A stretch of DNA of 64,000 nt from Chitinophagaceae bacterium (GTDB lineage Bacteria > Bacteroidota > Bacteroidia > Chitinophagales > UBA10324), in the NCBI GenBank assembly GCA_016704325.1, contig JADJAG010000005.1, forward strand, positions 394,571 to 458,570, in the 5' to 3' direction. The position numbers and the translations under genes are program-made. Below the pieces are notes generated by a model. The model was not told the origin of the DNA, searched no databases, and was given only the letters and a program-made list of their open reading frames with translations. Positions 58,564 through 64,000 of this stretch are shown here, in pieces. Position 1 is the stretch's first letter. Each line of letters opens with the position of its first letter.

Positions 58564-58705
58564 GGGTGTACGACAAATCTATATTGGTATTAATGATAAC
58601 ATTCTCGAAGAATTTTATTTAGCGCGAAGACGCCAAGTCGCTAAGAAGAGGCGGAGGATCATCAGTGATTTTGTTTTTTGTCGACTTGGCATCTTTGTGG
58701 TGGGA
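58564..58705. repeat. Second copy of the MITE-like module seen at 28940-29160
   Basis: gggtgtacgacaaatct (compare gggtgtatgacaaattgca at 28957). gcgcgaagacgccaagtcgctaag ... gatcatcagtgatttt ... tcgacttggcatctttgtg (compare 29001-29073). Confidence 0.65.
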
Positions 58706-58800
58706 TTGCTTCTTTGTTTCACCATGCAACGCCGCTTTAATTAACCGTCATTGCGAGTACGTACCATTGTACTGCTGGAAAAAAATCAATATTGAACACA

Positions 58801-58966
58801 CAATTTGGATATAGATTATTGGGTGTTGAAATTGAGTATTAAGTATTTGAGTAACTGAGTAAAGCAAAGTAGTGATTACAGGATAGCAAGTGATCGGCTT
58901 CGTCACAGCAAATTAGCCATTTAGCCATTTAACCATTTAGCCCACCAACCATTGCTTGACAAGATG
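58801..58966 (+). repeat. Bipartite 7-nt/8-nt periodic intergenic element, copy Y
   Basis: Core caatttggatatagattattgggtgttgaa, then ttgagta ttaagta tttgagt aactgag. Hinge gatcggcttcgtcacag, then gcaaatta gccattta gccattta accattta gcccacca. Ends attgcttgacaagatg. Collinear with copy X. Confidence 0.9.
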
Positions 58967-59051
58967 AACGAATTGTCGTAAACTCCAAAAAAAATGATAC
59001 CCCAATACTGCAACCGAAACGTTTATATTTGCGCCTCAAAAAAAGCAGATC

Positions 59052-60149
59052 ATGGGTTTACAGTGTGGCATAGTAGGATTACCAAACGTAGGGAAGTCAA
59101 CCCTTTTTAATGCGCTTTCGAATGCAAAAGCACAGGCAGCGAATTTCCCTTTTTGTACGATAGAACCTAATATTGGTGTGATTACGGTACCTGACCAGCG
59201 ACTGACTGAATTGGCTAAACTGGTAAATCCCAATAGAATTGTTCCAACCACCGTAGAGATCGTTGACATAGCTGGTCTGGTGAAAGGCGCCAGCAAAGGC
59301 GAAGGGCTTGGCAATCAATTTTTAGGAAATATCAGGAGTACCGATGCTATTATTCATGTGGTACGCTGTTTCGACGACGATAATGTGATACATGTAGATG
59401 GCTCGGTAAACCCGGTGCGCGACAAAGAAATAATTGATACGGAGTTGCAATTGAAAGACCTGGAAACGGTGGAAAAGCGGATTGCAAAGCAAGAAAAGGT
59501 AACAAAGACAGGTGACCGCGATGCAAAGCGTATCATGGATTCGTTACATGCCTACAAGTCTCATCTCGAATCAGGTAAGTCGGCACGGAGTGTGGCATTG
59601 AGCGAGGAAGACAAAGCAGCAGTAGCTGATATGTTTTTACTCACCGCTAAACCTGTACTTTATGTGTGCAATGTGGATGAAGCATCCGTGGTAACAGGTA
59701 ATAAGTATACAAAGCAATTGATGGATGCAGTGAAAGATGAAACTGCTGAGTTGCTTTTTATTTCTGCAGCTATTGAAGCCGAGATTGCATTACTTGAAAG
59801 TTATGATGACCGAATAGCATTTCTCAACGACCTGGGATTAAAGGAATCAGGCGTGCAAAAACTCATACATGGTTCGTACCACTTGCTGAACCTATTCACC
59901 TATTTTACTGCCGGTGTGCAGGAAGTAAGGGCATGGACCATTAAGAGTGGTATGGTGGCACCGCAAGCAGCCGGTGTAATCCATTCCGATTTTGAAAAAG
60001 GATTTATCAGGGCAGAAGTAATTGCTTATAACGATTTCATTAAGTACGGAAGCGAAGCGAAATGCCGGGAAGTAGGCCGGTTGCGGGTTGAAGGAAAGGA
60101 ATATGTGGTTGCAGACGGAGATGTGATGCATTTCTTATTCAATGTATAA
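59052..60149 (+). CDS. ychF: Redox-regulated ribosome-binding ATPase YchF
   Basis: 365 aa. GIVGLPNVGKSTLFNAL, DIAGLVKGAS, VVRCF, and the C-terminal TGS-like block AGVIHSDFEKGFIRAEV. Confidence 0.95.
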   Translation: MGLQCGIVGLPNVGKSTLFNALSNAKAQAANFPFCTIEPNIGVITVPDQRLTELAKLVNPNRIVPTTVEIVDIAGLVKGASKGEGLGNQFLGNIRSTDAIIHVVRCFDDDNVIHVDGSVNPVRDKEIIDTELQLKDLETVEKRIAKQEKVTKTGDRDAKRIMDSLHAYKSHLESGKSARSVALSEEDKAAVADMFLLTAKPVLYVCNVDEASVVTGNKYTKQLMDAVKDETAELLFISAAIEAEIALLESYDDRIAFLNDLGLKESGVQKLIHGSYHLLNLFTYFTAGVQEVRAWTIKSGMVAPQAAGVIHSDFEKGFIRAEVIAYNDFIKYGSEAKCREVGRLRVEGKEYVVADGDVMHFLFNV

Positions 60150-60197
60150 GAATACCATTCTTGATTCACAGATTAATAATTTCAAAGTGTTACAGCC

Positions 60198-61163
60198 ATG
60201 ATCATCATTACCGGAGCAGCAGGTTTTATTGGTTCTTGCCTTGTTGCAAAACTGAATGAGGAAGGCAATTATCATCTTGGGCTGGTAGATGATTTTTCAT
60301 CTGATAAGAAGAAGCGCAATTATGAGCTGAAGCGTTATCTGAATACTATTGAAAGAAATGAATTCATCGATTGGCTCGACTTGCAGCACGATTCCATTGA
60401 TTTTATTTTTCACCTCGGCGCCAGAACAGATACCACGGAAGCAAATAAGGAACTGCTCGATGATCTTAATCTCAATTATTCAAAGGATATCTGGCAGCGG
60501 TGCACCAAGTATGGCATCCCGCTGATTTACGCTTCTTCCGCAGCAACCTATGGCGGCGGTGAATTTGGCTATGATGATCAGCTTGATCTGATTCCATTGT
60601 TAAAGCCATTGAATGAATATGGAATTTCCAAAAACGAATTCGACAAATGGGTTTTACAACAGACTGAAACACCACCTTTCTGGTGCGGACTAAAGTTCTT
60701 TAATGTGTATGGCCCCAATGAATACCATAAGTCAAGAATGGCCTCTGTAGTATTTCATGGTTTCAACCAGATCAGGGAAAATGGAAACATCAGATTATTC
60801 AAGTCACACCGTCCGGATTTTAAAGATGGCGAACAGCGCCGTGATTTTATCTATGTGAAAGATGTGACAGAGGTATTGATGTTTTTCTTTCATCATAAAA
60901 AGGATTCAGGCATTTACAACCTTGGAACAGGCCTGGCACGCACCTTCCTGGATCTTGCGAACAGTACCTTCCAGGCAATGTCGCTAAGACCAAATATTGA
61001 CTGGATCGAAATTCCTGAAGATATCCGTGACAAGTACCAGTATTTTACAGAAGCCAATATGCAAAAGTTAAGAAGCATTGGCTATTCAAAACCATTTTAT
61101 TCACTTGAAGAAGGAATCCGTGATTATGTGCAGCAATACTTGTTACACAATAAGATTTGGTGA
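60198..61163 (+). CDS. hldD: ADP-L-glycero-D-manno-heptose 6-epimerase
   Basis: 321 aa. ITGAAGFIGS, YASSAATYGG, FNVYGPNEYHKSRMASVVFH, RDFIYVKDV, NLGTGLARTF and YQYFTEANMQKLRSIGYSKPF parallel E. coli HldD (RfaD) block for block. Confidence 0.85.
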   Translation: MIIITGAAGFIGSCLVAKLNEEGNYHLGLVDDFSSDKKKRNYELKRYLNTIERNEFIDWLDLQHDSIDFIFHLGARTDTTEANKELLDDLNLNYSKDIWQRCTKYGIPLIYASSAATYGGGEFGYDDQLDLIPLLKPLNEYGISKNEFDKWVLQQTETPPFWCGLKFFNVYGPNEYHKSRMASVVFHGFNQIRENGNIRLFKSHRPDFKDGEQRRDFIYVKDVTEVLMFFFHHKKDSGIYNLGTGLARTFLDLANSTFQAMSLRPNIDWIEIPEDIRDKYQYFTEANMQKLRSIGYSKPFYSLEEGIRDYVQQYLLHNKIW

Positions 61164-61207
61164 TATGTCTTTTATGTTGATTGCAATAAAGGAAGTATGA
61201 TTCAAAT

Positions 61208-61240
61208 AAAAAAGGCGGTATCAGTTACCGCCTTTTTCTT
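61208..61240. terminator. Bidirectional rho-independent terminator
   Basis: aaggcggta (61212-61220) pairs with taccgcctt (61226-61234). A-tract before and T-tract after; between convergent genes. Confidence 0.75.
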
Positions 61241-61256
61241 GAATTGATAATAAAAT

Positions 61257-62111
61257 TTATTTTTTCGCTTTTGCTTCAGCAATCGTCTTTTCATTCTGCT
61301 GAATATAGCTGTTGTCGTTTTCTTTCTTTGCCAGTTCCAATGCCTGTGTAGCAGTTGTAACAGCATCTGCATTTTTGCCCATCTTCATTTCCATCTTGGC
61401 CTTGGTGGTCATCATCCAGTAAGCTTCAGGACGGGTTTCAATCGCCTTGTTTACCCATGCATATGCCTGGTTGATGTCTTTACCATTTTCAAAGTAATAG
61501 TTGGCAGCCTGCCAGTAAGGTGGCTTATCACTTTTCATCGCTTCATCAATCTGCTTCATAATGATTGGATCAATATCCTGGGTTACACCGAATGTTACTC
61601 CGGTTTTATCCCAATACAAAGTGATATCACATGAAGTAGGTTTAATATTATTGATGTCGATAGTAAATGACTCTACCGTATGTGACACTTTCATGGGAGC
61701 CACTTTGAAGCGAATGAGTTCATTATCCGATTTATAACCGGAAGCACCCCATAAAGTGGTGTCTTTTGAAATAATGATTACCCATTCCTCTTTTCCCGGA
61801 ATCGTGTACAATGCATATTTGCCTGCCGGTACATTGTTGCCTTGCACCTTAACATCAGCGCCGAAAGTCAACTTGGTAGAAGAATTGGCTCCGGTTCTCC
61901 AAACTTCACCGTAAGGTACAAGGTCGCCAAAGATGGTTCTTCCTTTTACTGCGGGACGACTATAAACCAAATCAATGGAAGAGGTTCCGAATTTTTGTGA
62001 AAACTTGGCCGTAGGGCTTGGAGCAGGAACGGTAAGGGTTTGTGCTGAACTGTTGAAGGTGCCACCAAAAATGAAAGCAGCCAACACCAGGTAATTAAAG
62101 GTTTTTCTCAT
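61257..62111 (-). CDS. DUF2911 domain protein with C-terminal TPR-like helices
   Basis: I prefer ATG 62111 (MRKTFNYLVLAAFIFGGTFNSSAQ). PSPTAKFSQKFGTSSIDLVYSRPAVKGRTIFGDLVPYGEVWRTGAN is the DUF2911 signature. Confidence 0.65.
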   Translation of the reverse strand: MRKTFNYLVLAAFIFGGTFNSSAQTLTVPAPSPTAKFSQKFGTSSIDLVYSRPAVKGRTIFGDLVPYGEVWRTGANSSTKLTFGADVKVQGNNVPAGKYALYTIPGKEEWVIIISKDTTLWGASGYKSDNELIRFKVAPMKVSHTVESFTIDINNIKPTSCDITLYWDKTGVTFGVTQDIDPIIMKQIDEAMKSDKPPYWQAANYYFENGKDINQAYAWVNKAIETRPEAYWMMTTKAKMEMKMGKNADAVTTATQALELAKKENDNSYIQQNEKTIAEAKAKK

Positions 62112-62222
62112 AGTAGATTTTATTTTGCTGCAAATATAAACTACTAAGGTGAAAATCATTTTTTGAAGTCTTAAAATGCATAAAATAGTTTGCCATAATT
62201 GCTAAGAAGCAACGCAACTTAT

Positions 62223-64000
62223 TTATTTAACCACCAAGATCTTTATGGATGAATAGCTATTCTCCGATATGAAACGGCAGGTGTATAAACCTGCCGGAAC
62301 ATCGGCTGTTAGCCATTCAAAGTCATGAATGCCTTTAGAAAGGGTTCCATCGAAAAGCAGGAGAACCCGGTTGCCAAGCTGATCATAGATGTTTAGTGTA
62401 CACTGCATCGTGTTGGAAGGAACGGTCCGTACCCTGCAAAAAGTGGATGCTGGATTTGGATAAATTTCCAACGCTGTTGCTGAAATTTCATTCTGTAATT
62501 CATTCATGCCAACTGTAAGGTCTTGTTGTTCAACAGCGGTATAAAATTGATTGACAGCAATGCCGGTATAGTAGTCAATAATACCTGATGGCCACTTAAT
62601 TATTATTGAATCGACCACCGTAGCATTACCAAATCCAAATTCCACATTCAACGAATTCATACCATTGAAGCTACTCTGGGCTGAAACCTCACGCATTTGC
62701 CATACTGCTGCTCCGTTTATTACTGCTTTAACAAGAACCTTTGCATTAAGAGCAGACTTATTGGAGATCGTTCCCACCAGTTTCAGGTTTATCCACCGGT
62801 TTCCATTGGCCTGATCGTTTCTGTAAAGGCCTTTTGCACTGCCGGAAGAAGAGATAAATAAGTCAAGGTCGCCATCATTATCATAGTCGCCCGCCGTTCC
62901 GCTGAAGTTGGGATTGTCGGTTTCAAGAAAAGGGAGTGAGGATACTTTACTAAAGACCAGGCTTCCGGAATTCCAATTGTTCTGGTAATAGACATTACTC
63001 TGTCCGGCATCATTAATAACCAGGCAATCTAAATCACCGTCATTGTCAAAATCTTCCCATATGTTGGCAAGTGATATGTGCTCATCGGTTACAATGCTTC
63101 CCACATCGCTGAAAGTCAATTTAACAAAGGTTCCATTATCATTCCTGTAGAATTCATTTACATATCCATCAGTTACATCAAACCCTGTATAGTTGGTAAC
63201 AAAACCATCCAGGTCGCTATCGTTGTCAAAATCTATCCAGTTCCATTGCTGTCCGTCGCGTGGTTCCGTAAGCGGAGCAACGGTTAATTCATCAAAAGAG
63301 GGTATGCCTGTTTCCGTTAAATTATTCTTGTAAAGATAATCCGGTAACAGAGTTCCATTAACAGGTCCGCTGCCAATAAAGAGGTCAATGTCTTTATCGT
63401 TGTCGAAATCAGACCAGCTGGCAACCGTATAAGCTCCCGGCTCCTGGCAAATGATGGAAGTATCGATACGCTCGAATGTGCTATTTACTTTGTTATGCAG
63501 CAGTTTGTTATTGTCTGTAATGGCAATAAAATTATAGGGAGCGGCCAGGATAATATCTGTATAACTGTCGTTATCATAATCACCCCAGGCGCAACTCCAG
63601 GCGCGAAGCGCTAGGCTGTCAGCCAATGGCCCTTCCAGGTTTCGTTCAAAAGTGCCGTCACCCTTATTGGTAAATAACGATGAACCTCTGTTATTACCAC
63701 CTGAAATAAAACAATCAATATCACCATCATTGTCATAATCCGCCCAGCTATTACCAAGTCCTGCGGAAGTGATGAGCCCGCTGTTAATTACTTTTAAAAA
63801 ATTGCCATTTCCTTCATTGTGATACAATGCTTTCCTCACTACAAAAAGGTCAAGCAAGCCATCATTATCATAGTCTATCCAGCTGGCACCCTGGTAAAAG
63901 GTTTCAGGTGTATCGCTGAAAATGGGGTTGGCCGGATCAGTGATTTTTGAAAAGGGTTGAGCAAGAACAGTAAGTGTTAAACAAAAGCATAGCGGGGTTA
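62223..64000 (-). CDS. FG-GAP/VCBS-repeat (CRTAC1/ASPIC-like) protein with T9SS C-terminal sorting domain; 5-prime end just off the window
   Basis: The frame stays open beyond the track TTG at 63857 to the window edge, reading ...LCFCLTLTVLAQPFSKITD (signal peptide). Repeated DxDNDGDxD calcium-binding loops. Tail LEIYPNPASTFCRV...GLYTCRFI...IKILVVK. Confidence 0.75.
   Translation of the reverse strand, partial: TPLCFCLTLTVLAQPFSKITDPANPIFSDTPETFYQGASWIDYDNDGLLDLFVVRKALYHNEGNGNFLKVINSGLITSAGLGNSWADYDNDGDIDCFISGGNNRGSSLFTNKGDGTFERNLEGPLADSLALRAWSCAWGDYDNDSYTDIILAAPYNFIAITDNNKLLHNKVNSTFERIDTSIICQEPGAYTVASWSDFDNDKDIDLFIGSGPVNGTLLPDYLYKNNLTETGIPSFDELTVAPLTEPRDGQQWNWIDFDNDSDLDGFVTNYTGFDVTDGYVNEFYRNDNGTFVKLTFSDVGSIVTDEHISLANIWEDFDNDGDLDCLVINDAGQSNVYYQNNWNSGSLVFSKVSSLPFLETDNPNFSGTAGDYDNDGDLDLFISSSGSAKGLYRNDQANGNRWINLKLVGTISNKSALNAKVLVKAVINGAAVWQMREVSAQSSFNGMNSLNVEFGFGNATVVDSIIIKWPSGIIDYYTGIAVNQFYTAVEQQDLTVGMNELQNEISATALEIYPNPASTFCRVRTVPSNTMQCTLNIYDQLGNRVLLLFDGTLSKGIHDFEWLTADVPAGLYTCRFISENSYSSIKILVVK

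Noticed and set aside
58532-58744. 70-aa ORF in the spacer before ychF
   Set aside because: It spans the MITE-like module (the LARRRQVAKKRRR part is the gcgcgaagacgccaagtcgc word). The same DNA at 29001-29073 is not in an ORF.

Overview
This looks like a chromosomal segment of a Bacteroidota-type genome. The evidence is four proteins ending in type IX secretion (T9SS) C-terminal sorting domains, a DUF3467 gene directly after rpoC, and A-rich, Shine-Dalgarno-poor leaders. I call about 42 protein-coding genes, 6 hairpin-plus-T-tract terminators and about 14 non-coding repeat loci. I saw no rRNA, tRNA, CRISPR array, integrase or transposase. Coding content is mostly housekeeping: ribH, an ABC-F ATPase, an ALDH7-type dehydrogenase, aroE, rmuC, proline dehydrogenase, thyA-folA, rpoC, ruvC, ychF and hldD. 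It is mixed with secreted proteins: three sortilin/BNR-like propeller paralogues, an M1 peptidase, Kelch-like and FG-GAP T9SS cargo, and a glycosylasparaginase. The content that ordinary annotation does not explain is mainly non-coding. (1) A family of bipartite intergenic elements has a C-free array of 7-nt period, a GC-rich hinge, then a G-poor array of 8-nt period. The 8-nt units are the reverse complement of the 7-nt units plus one base, and the arms co-vary between loci. Best copies are at 38240-38448, 58801-58966 and 21225-21426, with a looser one at 24221-24662. Solo 8-nt arms abut several start codons. (2) A tandem array of hairpin (REP-like) units at 25.87-26.40 kb is interrupted by a G38/C13 homopolymer block that I think is an assembly artefact. 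(3) There are MITE-like nested palindromes. Gene-level candidates for undescribed systems are four. One is a GIN-domain lipoprotein, ECF sigma factor and membrane-anchored repeat/beta-barrel protein trio at 54.6-58.3 kb. The second is a NapH-like polyferredoxin plus flavoprotein pair at 5.7-8.6 kb. The third is a phosphosulfolactate-synthase homologue coupled to a TPR protein next to aroE. The fourth is an rpoC that is not preceded by rpoB. All protein calls rest on motif recognition by eye from the supplied translations; no database search or folding computation was possible.
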